64,000 nucleotides of DNA, taken from positions 84 through 64,083 of the forward strand of contig JAPLCU010000041.1 in the NCBI GenBank assembly GCA_026392045.1. The letters are read 5' to 3'. The notes under the pieces are model-generated. The model was not told the origin of the DNA. It was given only the letters and a program-made list of their open reading frames with translations, and made no database searches. This DNA comes from Armatimonadota bacterium. GTDB taxonomy: Bacteria > Armatimonadota > UBA5829. Shown one piece after another: positions 1 to 9,564 of the stretch (positions are counted from its first letter, which is position 1; the number at the start of each line of letters is the position of its first letter). Position numbers and translations under genes: made by a program.

Positions 1-135
1 CGGGAATGGCGATTATCGACGAGGTAACAAGTTTCATCAAACGTCAATTCCCGCAGCTTGCCCTTACATGGCTGCGGGAACTCTTGAATGTGCTAAATTG
101 GGAGCTCTGATGTTTTAGCCGTTCCCGCAGCATAC
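1..135. repeat. REP-like palindromic units, family 1 (arms GCTGCGGGAA / TTCCCGCAGC around a ~35-40 nt variable loop); the first unit is cut by the window edge
   Basis: cgggaatggcg (1-11) pairs with cgtcaattcccgcagc (42-57). gctgcgggaac (71-81) pairs with gttcccgcagc (121-131). The same arms recur at 13273-13573 and 48063-48123. Confidence 0.6.
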
Positions 136-154
136 CGAAAATCCGGCACAAGCG

Positions 155-2176
155 CTACTTTGTCGGTGTCCCCTTCGGTCCGTTCTCACCCTTTGCCCAC
201 TTCAGCGAAAAGTAAGGAAAACCGTTGGGGCCATCGTTGCTGATGAGGTTGGTTTTGGAGCCGCTGTTGCCGTAAATCTCCATCGAGTATCTCCTTTTTC
301 TGAGCATGCCTTCGCGTGGGGGCTTTGTGTCATTTGGAGAAACGGCTATCGTGCTGCCGCCATACGAAAGACCGCCGCCGCCCGTTGCCTCCAATTTGAG
401 CTCTACCCAATTCTCTTTGCTCGTGATCCGCATTTTAAGCCTGGACAGCGCTTTAGGGTCGGTGGGGAGTAAGCGCTGGTTACGGAAAGTGCGATCATGA
501 TCGTACTGTGTGAATCCGTCATTGCATTTCTTACACGCCGCTACAAGCAGCGCCGACTCGAAAAAGCTCATTGGAATCCCGGACTCCGACCTCGCCATCA
601 GCTTCTCTTCCGGGCTAAGGGAGTCATATAGAGCCCACAGCGGCTTCATCGGGCCGAAACTCGCCATCGTGAGGATCGCAAGATCTCTGTTACCTGATAT
701 CCAACCATTATATTGCTCATCTGTCAGAGTGGTGAGCGGGGTCGCATCGTCGAGGTTCACGCCTCCCTTTTCCAGCTTAGACTTCATCTGCCGGATGAGG
801 CTCACTGGTACCAGACCCGCGTGCTGATCAATCCAAGATCGTGATACCGCAACCACAAGCTTGTTATCAGCGTCCGTAAGGCAGTCTACGTCCCAACGGA
901 ATAATCTAAGCACGTCTTGGATTGTCAGTTTTTCTTGTGGAAGACTGCTGATTCGACTGCTTATTCTCTGGCTGTTGAAGTCTTCGCAGACGATGGTATA
1001 CCCGCTTGCGTCCGAAAGCGCCAGTATCACATCCGCAAGGGTCGGAAGCCCGTCCAGTTTCTCCGGGGCTTTGAGCTTAACTTTTGTCGCCAAAAACTCC
1101 TGGATCGGGTCTTTCCATTCCACCGGAGTATACTTGGTCCTGATATCGCTGCCGCCGAGCGGATCAGGCAGTGAATTACTTGTCTCCGGCAGTTTGACAT
1201 ACTCCAGTGCATCCCGGATGCTCACATTGAGGCTGTCCACAACAGCATCGCCACGTTCATTGTGAGCAGGGGAATTGACGCAGATCTGCGGCCAGATACT
1301 ATCTGATTGCTCACGCGTATAAAGGATCACCTCGCTCTGCTCTATCTCCTGTTGAGTGGCTTTACTGTTTAGAGTGTATGAGCCAGGGAAGCTGAAACCT
1401 GACTCGTGTCTCTTGCGCATTACCGCCACTAGATCAAGCAGGGCCAGCCGCACGTTTTCCGGCAAGCTTTCTCCCTGGAGAATAACCTGTTCGCCAGCTT
1501 TCAGGGAGTCTCGCGCACTGTTACCCAGAGCGCTTACAAGCCTGCCAATCGCCCGAGCATTGTTGAACTTCAAGCTCTTATCATCATCACCTGTCTCTTC
1601 AGGTCGGGATGCCAGGCTCTCCGCCGCCGCCCATTCCCTATCAAACTTCTGTCGCTTTTGAATATTCTGCGCGATCTCGTGCTCGGCCAGCGCCCTCTCC
1701 ATTCTAATGGTGCGGACGAACCGGTACTTGCGCGGACTGTCGACGGTCTTGCTTGAGGTGAGGGCAACGTGGCTCACATCGGCAATGGTTGATAGCAACT
1801 TGCCGAGTTTGATATCTTTCGCGCTGATGGTGACCGGGATATCTCGGACGCGCCAGTCGCTGTTGTTCTTGCCGCTGGCGATGGCGACGCCCGTGATCCG
1901 GCTAAGCTCGCTGGCAATATCTTGAAGCCGCCCCTGTTTGACCTGGTAGGTGACTTTCTTGCTGAGACGATCGTCAGGCCCAGATTTCGTATCGACGGGC
2001 TGAGAGGATATTGCCGTGGGTGTGTTGGGGTCCACTTCAACCTTGCCATAAGCCGATGACGGGTCTGGTTTTACGAGCATAAGAAGGCAGATTGCAGCCA
2101 AAATTAGATAACGCACTTTTGCGATTCTCCTTGCTGCCAGCATCATCATTTTAGTTGTTGTTGGAGTTCTTCTCAT
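155..2176 (-). CDS. hypothetical secreted protein (673 aa) with an N-terminal signal peptide and no recognisable domain
   Basis: Long ORF with a GGGAGGAAAGG Shine-Dalgarno upstream of the ATG at 2176. The hydrophobic N-terminus (ILAAICLLMLV) is followed by Ala-x-Ala-like cleavage context. Confidence 0.6.
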   Translation of the reverse strand: MRRTPTTTKMMMLAARRIAKVRYLILAAICLLMLVKPDPSSAYGKVEVDPNTPTAISSQPVDTKSGPDDRLSKKVTYQVKQGRLQDIASELSRITGVAIASGKNNSDWRVRDIPVTISAKDIKLGKLLSTIADVSHVALTSSKTVDSPRKYRFVRTIRMERALAEHEIAQNIQKRQKFDREWAAAESLASRPEETGDDDKSLKFNNARAIGRLVSALGNSARDSLKAGEQVILQGESLPENVRLALLDLVAVMRKRHESGFSFPGSYTLNSKATQQEIEQSEVILYTREQSDSIWPQICVNSPAHNERGDAVVDSLNVSIRDALEYVKLPETSNSLPDPLGGSDIRTKYTPVEWKDPIQEFLATKVKLKAPEKLDGLPTLADVILALSDASGYTIVCEDFNSQRISSRISSLPQEKLTIQDVLRLFRWDVDCLTDADNKLVVAVSRSWIDQHAGLVPVSLIRQMKSKLEKGGVNLDDATPLTTLTDEQYNGWISGNRDLAILTMASFGPMKPLWALYDSLSPEEKLMARSESGIPMSFFESALLVAACKKCNDGFTQYDHDRTFRNQRLLPTDPKALSRLKMRITSKENWVELKLEATGGGGLSYGGSTIAVSPNDTKPPREGMLRKRRYSMEIYGNSGSKTNLISNDGPNGFPYFSLKWAKGENGPKGTPTK

Positions 2177-2262
2177 TGTCTACCTTTCCTCCCGGGTCAG
2201 TTATACCATAGAGTTTGTCCATACTGCTAACATAATATTTGAATATGTAGCAAATCATTGAA

Positions 2263-2292
2263 TTATATCACGCACTTTGGGGGGGTGTCAAG
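2263..2292 (-). promoter_or_regulatory. sigma70-type promoter on the minus strand: TTGACA, an 18-nt spacer containing a C7/G7 homopolymer, and an extended -10 TGaTATAAT
   Basis: Reverse complement of 2261-2296 is agTCTTGACAcccccccaaagtgcgTGaTATAATtc. The G run is at 2280-2286. It lies ~85 nt upstream of the ATG of the 155..2176 gene. Confidence 0.45.
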
Positions 2293-2328
2293 ACTTGTTT
2301 TGTAGTCTTGTCTATGCAAAGCGAAATT

Positions 2329-2360
2329 GGCTGGATTGCAAATCCAGCCCCAACATTAGT
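2329..2360. repeat. family-4 motif GGCTGGATTGCAAATCCAGCC + CCAACATTAGT
   Basis: Near-identical 31-bp motif at 45772-45802 and 46868-46899 (GGGC(A/T)GGATTGCAAATCCGCCC(A/G)AAC(G/T)TAGT). Confidence 0.5.
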
Positions 2361-2468
2361 CCGAGAACGGTTTTCCCGGACTATCCAGGGAGTGGGCCGC
2401 GTAAACCCATTATGTTTTTATATGTTTTGGCACGCTTTTTGTGCCGAAAAAAAGCACAATTATCAGGC

Positions 2469-2500
2469 ATGCTTCGGGACGAAAAACAGTCCCGAAGCAT
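2469..2500. repeat. family-6 hairpin ATGCTTCGGGAC-gaaaaaca-GTCCCGAAGCAT
   Basis: Its 26-bp core is the exact reverse complement of cttcgggactgtttttcgtcccgaag at 59084-59109. Confidence 0.5.
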
Positions 2501-2605
2501 ATTAAACCGTCATTTACCGCATCTAATGAGTCTTGGATGTAGGAAGAGCTAACTTTGAAAGCTGTAGTCAGAGGCAGTTTTGGCGTGATCATTGAAGTTG
2601 ATTGT

Positions 2606-2645
2606 GCGGCAGGGGGCGGAATTGCTCCCGCCCCCTGCCGCATAG
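2606..2645. other. perfect 15-bp GC-rich inverted repeat TGCGGCAGGGGGCGG-aattgct-CCGCCCCCTGCCGCA; candidate terminator for the upstream minus-strand gene
   Basis: Perfect palindrome ~90 nt downstream of the stop at 2733. No U-tract on either strand. Confidence 0.35.
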
Positions 2646-2732
2646 GTTCCGGCGTATCGTTTTCCCACGCCGGGATCGTCCCTCGAATCAGGCTGCCACA
2701 TGGACTATCGTGATCGCCTGGTCCGCGCATGA

Positions 2733-4750
2733 CTAAGGCAATGGCACGTTAATGACAGTGTTCACCATTGTAACCGAAGCATACAAGCCCAACGCTCTGC
2801 CTTCCAACGTCGTTATTCTCACTTCGCCGGAGGTAGAGATTTCGACTCCTGCAGAAGCAATAATGGTTCCCACCATGTTAGCGCCAGCGTTGATCGTCGC
2901 TGCACTGCCGACCTGCCAATAGACGTTGTTGGGATTGCCGATGCCGTCCTTGAATATAACCTCGGCAATTAATGGGTCACTTGTGTCGCCCACGGTGAGT
3001 GATGCCCCCATCTGGAAGACCCAGACTGCATTCGGGTCACCCAAAGCGTCGAGCGTTAGAGTTCCCCCTGCCTCTATATTGAACGTGTCTCCCGCGGCTT
3101 TGTAGACGCCAGGGGCGAGGACCAGCCCACTTAGCTCGCCGGAGGCACTTGGATCAGGCCCCGTTGGGGCTAATCCTGCGAGATCGTTCCACGCTTCGAG
3201 CGAGTCGTCAAAGGCCGCCTGTGCTATCGCCATTGTGGCCAAAGTTCCTCCCACAGGAGTACCACCTGGGTGCGCCGGTGGCGGTGCATCAGTGTATATC
3301 CTCCCGGTGACCTCTCCATCAGGTGCACCGTATTCGTCTCCGGTGCTATCGAAGAATGCGACCACCAAAGTAGAAGCAGCCGTGGTTCCAATATCACCAT
3401 CGATGACGGTAAGGATCCCCTCGTTGGTTATCCCGGCACCACCCCCGAAAGCGCCGAAGGAGGCGGCCGATCCAAGGTCTCCTGGTGCTGGACCCGGCGC
3501 GAAATTGGCCGTGACCGTCTTGTCCTCGTCCATCGTGATCGTGGTCGGATTCATTGTGCCGCTCAAATCGCCGCTCCAGCCGACAAAGTGGTAGCCTGCC
3601 GCCGCCGCCGCCGTCAGCCCAATCACAGTTCCATAGTTATACGTCGGCTGATTCAGCGACTTCATCACATCCCCGTTCTCCGCAATTACCGTCAGGGTGT
3701 AGTTGTTGCCAACGATGAATGTGGCGCTGGGTCCGGCGGCAAGCGCTAAATTACCTGCCGCATCGGATGCCGTGTTCGCCGCTATCGAGATTCCCAGCGT
3801 ACCATTGCCGGTGATACTGGAAATCCTTACCGTTCTGGTTGCCGTGCCACTACCGGAAACAGCTACCGTTCCGTTGGCCGTGCCTGTCTTGTTCAGTGTG
3901 ACATTACCCGCCACAAGCGTGACAGTATTAGCGCCGCCGTACGTAATCGTATAGGTTATCGGGCCACTCCTCGTCTGCAATGCCGAGGGAGCGCCGATAC
4001 TGATTGTCGGCCTGGTGTTGTCAACGGTGAACCTGGTGCTGGGTCCGGCGGCAAGCGCTAAGTTACCAGTCGTATCGGATGCCGTGCTCGGCGCTATCGA
4101 GATCCCCAGCGTACCATTGCCGGTGATACTGGAAATCCTTACCGTTCTGGTTGCCGTGCCACTACCGGATACAGCTAACGTTCCGTTGGCCGTGCCTGTC
4201 TTGTTCAGTGTGACATTACCTGCCAGAAGCGTGACAGTATTAGCGCCGCCATACGTAATCGTATAGGTTATCGGGCCATTTCTCGTCTGCAATGCCGAGG
4301 GAGCGCCGATACTGATTGTCGGCCTGGTCACATCATACGTCACCGTATTGTCGGTGGAGGTAGATGCCTTGCTGGCATTACCCATTTGACGTCGTGCGCG
4401 ACACCGGCCGCCAAGTTCGCAATCACCGTACCACTGCCCGTCATGCCGGTGACGGCCACGTTGTATGTCTTACCGGTCCCGGTGACCGTGCGAACCAGTG
4501 TGCCGGGCGCTGTACCGGTCAGGGTGACATCGCCAGCGGCGAAGTCTTTGACCGCCTTGCTGAAGACCACGGTGAAGTTGATCGGCGACGTCCTCGTCGG
4601 GTCGGCTTGGCCGACTTTCTGATTGATGGTGACGGTGGGCTTGACGACCAATTGTGCAGGCACCATTGATGCCCATCCGACTACAGAAACGACCAGAATT
4701 AATAACGTAAGCCCTAAATATGTGGTGTATATGCGCATTTTCTTGTCCAT
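2733..4750 (-). CDS. repeat-containing surface protein with a C-terminal ice-binding-like (DUF3494-type) beta-helix domain; an apparent frameshift near 4385 splits it into ORFs 4340..4750 (signal peptide + repeat 1) and 2733..4385
   Basis: The N-terminal ORF has a signal peptide and a ~100-aa unit resembling the two near-identical tandem ~100-aa repeats in the 550-aa ORF (also visible as a DNA tandem repeat, ~3700-4000 vs ~4010-4300). The C-terminal region shows LGSAASFGAFGGGAGITNEG...GDIG, typical of the ice-binding-like family. Both frames are open over 4340-4385. Confidence 0.55.
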
Positions 4751-5446
4751 TACTTACCTCCAAATTTCATTGTCAAGCCGATGAAGTATCTGGAACCATT
4801 GCCTAAACCAACCTGGCAGGTGAGATCTGGTGTAATGGGCTGGCGAATCGTGGCGCCAAACATGCTCCCGGCAGCAATATCATCAATTATGTAGTCAAAT
4901 CCGAAAGTCGTTTTCCCAGGCGCTACAAACTCTATTCCCATCATTCCGGTGAGGTTGCTGCTTGATGCGCTTTGGTTCGGCCTCTGATAGAGCAAGCCGA
5001 CAGTAGCTCTGTATCTGTCACCTATGCAACAAAGTCTATCGCTAGCGACCAGGTATAGGTCGGTCTCTGCGGTATTGCCGCTGAGGTACATCACACCAGC
5101 CGCTATGCTAGGCGACTTCTCACTCTCATGTGCGAAAATGTACTTCGCATTGATGCCTTTGACTGCAGTGTAGTCTTGGACATTGAAGTAGCTCAGGCCG
5201 ATTTCCCCATTCGCAACCCCATAACCAAGGGTCACAACGGGGAATACAACTATCCCAACGTCAGCCACCTTGGGCCTGTCATAGGCCAACATCATCTCGA
5301 AGTTCCCTTCCGTCACGACCTCTGCCGTAGGTAAGTTCAGAATTCCCGTAGGGCCGATTGAGGAGGGTGCGCTGAATGACGCCGTTGCCATCAAAGACAC
5401 TAACGTCACCAGTCCTGCCAACAACACGTTCTTTTTCATCTGCATA
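4750..5446 (-). CDS. secreted protein with a signal peptide (possible beta-barrel/outer-membrane-like); its stop overlaps the downstream adhesin-like gene start (TAATG)
   Basis: ORF with an AAGGAG RBS 8 nt before ATG (MQMKKNVLLAGLVTLVSLMATASFSA). Alternating hydrophobic pattern. Confidence 0.5.
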
Positions 5447-5791
5447 TGCATAACTCCTTCTGAGCCTGTCCCATCCATGGTTGGAAGTGGTAGCTCTACT
5501 GAATGCTACACTGCTTTTTCCTTTTTGTCAATCTTTTCGTCCAGTATTGGGGACAGAGCCTTATTTGACAGCAAACAACATAAGTGATCACCTGCTCCGG
5601 AAATCCCAGTCCCTTCCCACTCATTCCCTTCCAGACTCTCCGCTCTCTGCTCTCCACTCTCCGCTGTTCCTGTGAGAGAGTTCAGTCTTGTGGGATTGGA
5701 AAAAAAGCGAGAAATTCAACTGGTGCAAAATACCCCAAAAATATGTTCTCCAAAGGTAATGTTTTTGGAGGTGGGTGCATAAGTAGTCCAT

Positions 5792-5908
5792 GTGAGTGGA
5801 TTAGATGATCTGACAAGAGAAGAACTGATAGAGCTGGTTTTGAAGCTACACGAGATACTGCAGGCTCAGCAGCGAGAGATTGCTGAGTTTAGGTCTTTTG
5901 GGATTTGA
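5792..5908 (+). pseudogene. IS66-family transposase (TnpC-like) N-terminal fragment of ~38 codons, truncated where a family-5 hairpin element begins
   Basis: Translation VSGLDDLTREELIELVLKLHEILQAQQREIAEFRSFGI* resembles the leucine-zipper N-terminus of IS66 transposases (L-x-EELIALVL...LFGxKSEK). The stop is created inside the repeat. Confidence 0.4.
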
Positions 5909-5976
5909 GTGGAGCGTCAGCGGAACGGAAATCCCAAAACAAACTGCGGCACAACCAAGAGGAAATCGCGGCAAAC
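5895..5976. repeat. family-5 hairpin element copy 1 (stem TTTTGGGATTT / AAATCCCAAAA plus a conserved 3' tail ...CAACCAAGAGGAAATCGCGGCAAAC)
   Basis: Same element at 46921-47000 and 47298-47373, with compensatory stem changes (TTTCGGG/CCCGAAA). Confidence 0.55.
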
Positions 5977-6130
5977 GGGTCGCTTGAAGGATACGCAGCA
6001 TACCCGAATAATTATATATTTCTTAGATGCTACAGCTTCCGCCCATAAGTCGGCATACGTAACGCCAGGTATCCGCCCACACCAGGGCGGCGCTTCGCGC
6101 CTGGCGTTACTTTGCCGAATGGTCCAAAAT

Positions 6131-6175
6131 GTCAGTCATGTCAACATATATAGGTATGACATGACTGACATTGAC
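6131..6175. other. 13-bp perfect inverted repeat GTCAGTCATGTCA-N13-TGACATGACTGAC just downstream of hcp; a nested IR lies at 6086-6114
   Basis: Palindrome 22 nt beyond the hcp stop. On the minus strand it is followed by AUUUUGG. Possible terminator. Confidence 0.35.
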
Positions 6176-6196
6176 TTATTTATGGCACATTTTCTT

Positions 6197-7849
6197 TTAG
6201 CCGAGGATTTCTTTCAAATCCTGCTCGACTGTTGTAGTCGGCGCTATGTTGAACTTATCAACCAGCACATTAAGCGCGGCGGGAGTTACGAACGCCGGCA
6301 GGCTTGGGCCGAGTTTGATATTCTTGATTCCCAGGTGAAGCAGGGTGAGCAGGATAGCTACAGCCTTCTGCTCATACCAGGATAGAATCATCGAAAGCGG
6401 CAGATCATTAACCCCGATTCCGAATGCGTTTGCAAGCGCAACTGCTATCTGAATTGCTGAGTAAGCGTCGTTGCACTGGCCGATATCCAGCAGTCTCGGA
6501 ATGCCGCCGATGTCGCCGAAATCGAGTTTGTTGAACCGATATTTGCCGCATGCGAGCGTCAGGATAACGCAATCTTTCGGCACGGCCTGGGCGAAATCGG
6601 TAAAGTAGTTTCTGCCTGGCTTGGCGCCGTCGCAGCCGCCAATCAGGAAGAAATGCTTGATCGCGCCGGCTCTTACGGCATCGATAACCGGTCCCGCAAT
6701 GTTCATTACCGCGTTGTGACCGAATCCGACCATGATTGTCTTGCCGGAACCGTCTTGCGTGAATCCGGGAGCTGCAAGCGCAGCTTCTATTACAGGGGTG
6801 AAATCTTTCTTGCACCCGATGTGCGTCACGCCCGGCCAAGCAACAAGCCCGGTGGTGAAAATGCGATCACTGTATGTTTCGCGCGGCTTCTGGATGCAGT
6901 TTGTGGTCATGAGAATCGCGCCAGGGAACGCATCAAATTCTTTCGCCTGATCCTGCCATGCGCCGCCGTAATTGCCCACGAGGTGCGAGTGCTTTTTGAG
7001 CTCAGGATAGCCATGAGCCGGGAGCATTTCGCCGTGGGTGTAGATATTGATTCCCTTGCCCTCGGTCTGCTCCAGGAGCATTTTCAAATCTTTGAGATCA
7101 TGGCCGGAGACTACGATTGCCTTGCCCTTGACAGGCTCGATGCGGACCGCCGTCGGCACAGGGTCGCCGAACGCGCCGGTATTTGCCGTGTCCAGAAGCC
7201 CCATTACCGTAAGGTTCAGCTCGCCAACTTTAAGCGACCACCCAAGCAGGTCATCTATGCTAGGGCTTGGTGTCGTAAGGAAGTCCAACGCTTCATGGAA
7301 TGTGGCGTAAACTTCATCGCTCTCTTTGCCAAGGACACGAGCATGGTCAGCGTAGGCCGCTGTGCCTTTCAGGCCATAAGTGACCAGCTCGATAAGGCCG
7401 GTGATATCATCGCCAAGAGTCGATTTTCGGCTCAATACGCCTACTTCTCGGCCTTGAGCTACCAGGCCGTCGATGTCTGCCGCAGGAGCCCATGCTGCCG
7501 GGCCGCTGAGCGTTTCGGGAGTCTGGCCTTTCGCTGCTGCTGCCGCTTCATACATTGCTTTGGCTTTATTTTTGATCTCGCCTGCTTTTTTGAGGAATGA
7601 TTCAATTCGAGCTGGGTCGAAATCCACATTGGTGACCGTCGTGAAGAGCGCTTCGATCAGAAAAGCGTCTACCTCGTTATTGACTGCGCCGAGTTTTCTC
7701 GCGCGGTTGGCATACATCGAGATACCCTTCGACGCATAAACCAATAGGTCTTGAAGCGTTGCTGTGGTTTCGTCCTTACCACACACGCCGCGAACCGTGC
7801 AACCCGTTCCCATTGCAGTTTGTTCGCACTGATAGCAATACATACTCAT
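6197..7849 (-). CDS. hcp: hybrid cluster protein / hydroxylamine reductase
   Basis: N-terminal MSMYCYQCEQT cysteine motif. Full-length 550 aa typical of Hcp. GGAGG RBS. Confidence 0.9.
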   Translation of the reverse strand: MSMYCYQCEQTAMGTGCTVRGVCGKDETTATLQDLLVYASKGISMYANRARKLGAVNNEVDAFLIEALFTTVTNVDFDPARIESFLKKAGEIKNKAKAMYEAAAAAKGQTPETLSGPAAWAPAADIDGLVAQGREVGVLSRKSTLGDDITGLIELVTYGLKGTAAYADHARVLGKESDEVYATFHEALDFLTTPSPSIDDLLGWSLKVGELNLTVMGLLDTANTGAFGDPVPTAVRIEPVKGKAIVVSGHDLKDLKMLLEQTEGKGINIYTHGEMLPAHGYPELKKHSHLVGNYGGAWQDQAKEFDAFPGAILMTTNCIQKPRETYSDRIFTTGLVAWPGVTHIGCKKDFTPVIEAALAAPGFTQDGSGKTIMVGFGHNAVMNIAGPVIDAVRAGAIKHFFLIGGCDGAKPGRNYFTDFAQAVPKDCVILTLACGKYRFNKLDFGDIGGIPRLLDIGQCNDAYSAIQIAVALANAFGIGVNDLPLSMILSWYEQKAVAILLTLLHLGIKNIKLGPSLPAFVTPAALNVLVDKFNIAPTTTVEQDLKEILG

Positions 7850-8286
7850 TTTGAATCCTCCTGTTTTGTAATTTTGCTCTCTGCCAAATCGGCAAGAGAA
7901 GTCTGATAGAAATACTTCTGAAAACCGTCATTCACTTCTTTTACTAAATCGCCCATTACGCACTTTTCTCTGGAGCAATTCGTGTTGCCCAGTATGCAGC
8001 CTTGCAGATGTAAAGGGCCTTCCATCGCAATATAAATGTCCATTAGCGATATCTCAGACGGGTCAATAGCGAGCTTAAACCCGCCGCTGGGACCGCGTGT
8101 TGCATCCACCAGCCCAGCACGAGCAAGCCTCTGGAGCACCTTCTGAAGGTGGTTTTTAGAGGCGCCCATCGCTTCAGTCATTGTATCCGTCGAAATAAGA
8201 TACCCCTTGCTTTCTGCAAGTATACCCATTGCGTGAAGCGCCAGAGAAGTGGCCTCTGATATTCTAAGCATACTTGGTGAGCTCAT
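7846..8286 (-). CDS. Rrf2-family transcriptional regulator (NsrR/IscR-like), co-transcribed with hcp
   Basis: N-terminal MLRISEATSLALHAM helix-turn-helix typical of Rrf2. Three Cys in the C-terminal half. Start chosen at M31 with a GGAGAA SD. Overlaps the hcp start (ATGA). Confidence 0.75.
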   Translation of the reverse strand: MSSPSMLRISEATSLALHAMGILAESKGYLISTDTMTEAMGASKNHLQKVLQRLARAGLVDATRGPSGGFKLAIDPSEISLMDIYIAMEGPLHLQGCILGNTNCSREKCVMGDLVKEVNDGFQKYFYQTSLADLAESKITKQEDSK

Positions 8287-8548
8287 GTTCTGTGTTTCTC
8301 CGATAGTAACTGGTAATGTAATACCACAATACCGCATTATCCAAACAATGTCAACAGATTTTTTGTAATTTGCCAAATAAATATATGTTGGGTTGCTTTA
8401 AGCCTCGGAAAAAAGCAGATTCCTCGTCGTTTCTCCTCGGAATGACGGCGTATGAGGTGTTTGATCTGATTCGGGTTTCCCGAAACAACTTTCTCGCTAC
8501 TTTCTCGCAATAGCTGGGCTAATGGTGTAAAATATTGGCAGCAATACA

Positions 8549-9564
8549 ATGGGAGTATCCTCTTTGAAATCACTACTCGCACGTTTCTCTGCCTTAAACC
8601 GCGACCTCAAGATTTTGTGGTTCGCGATCTTCTGTTTGTCCTTGGGCTCCGGCATATTCGGCGCTTGCAACAATAACTTTATGACCGAAGTTTTGAAGAT
8701 TAAACCAGGCCAGCTTGGAATTGTTGAATCGATCAGAGAGACGCCCGGTTTTCTGTGCGTTGTGCTGGTGGCGATATTGATGAGCATTGCGGAGCCGCTG
8801 CTTGCATCTATCGGCATGTTTGTATTGGGAATCGGCACGGCTGCGTATGCATCGGTCTGTGGCTTGCCGAGCCTGATAATCTGGTCTTGGGTTGCGAGCC
8901 TGGGTTTTCATGTATGGCAGGCGCTGCAGTCCAGTATGGTTCTAGGATTGGCCGAGGCAGGCAAACAGGGCAAGCGAATGGGGCAGACCACGTGTGTGGC
9001 TAGTCTCGGTGTGATCTGCGGCGCGCTTTTGGTGCGTCACTTTTCCTATGGAGTGTCCTTTTCGAATTGGTTCCTGCTGAGCGGCGCCTGGATGGTGGCT
9101 GGCGCAATCTCGATGATCTTCGTTAGACGCAATATCGGTCACCCAGATAAGCCGAAGTTCGTTTGGAAGCCCAAGTATCGTTTGTATTACATCTTAACCC
9201 TGTTGGAAGGAGGGCGTAAGCAGGTTTTTATAACATTTGCCATATATGCGCTCACCTGGGAGTTTGGGGTCAAGATGGGAACAATAGCCGTGTTAGCGCT
9301 CATCTGCTTTACCTTTCTGCAACCTGCCTCTCGACCTATTTGCAGAAGATAACGGACCCCGAGGATCTCATGCCGACTCTTTCGATGGGTGTATCTTTCA
9401 ACCATACCGCTTCGGTGATCGTGCCTCTTGTCGGCGGGTTATTGTGGGCGAATTTTGGTTATGGCGCAGCGTTTTATGGAGGAGCTGTGTTGGTTGGAAT
9501 ATCAGCGCTAATAGCTACAAAAGTGCCGGTTCATAAGCCCAAAGTGGCTCAGGAGGCTGCATGA
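8549..9564 (+). CDS. MFS-type transporter; apparent frameshift around 9290-9340 (ORFs 8549..9352 and 9340..9564)
   Basis: Two adjacent ORFs of hydrophobic TM helices in shifted frames. The second has only a TTG start and no independent RBS. The end overlaps the next gene by 4 nt. Confidence 0.5.

Noticed and set aside
5909-6385. ORF 5909..6385 (+), 158 aa, downstream of the IS66 fragment
   Set aside because: It starts inside the family-5 repeat, runs through palindromes and antisense into the 3' end of hcp, and has no RBS.
6653-7600. Long antisense ORF (315 aa) inside hcp, and similar shadow ORFs inside the HtrA gene (25041..25589, 25893..26273), ytfR (30480..31214 -), the MutL-like gene (43895..44317) and mutS2 (48817..49275 -)
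   Set aside because: They sit opposite confidently identified genes, lack RBSs and have biased composition typical of antisense frames in GC-rich coding DNA.
9340-9564. ORF 9340..9564 as an independent 74-aa gene
   Set aside because: It has a TTG start and no RBS, and its frame stays open upstream back to 9289. It reads as the C-terminal TM helices of the preceding MFS ORF after a frameshift.
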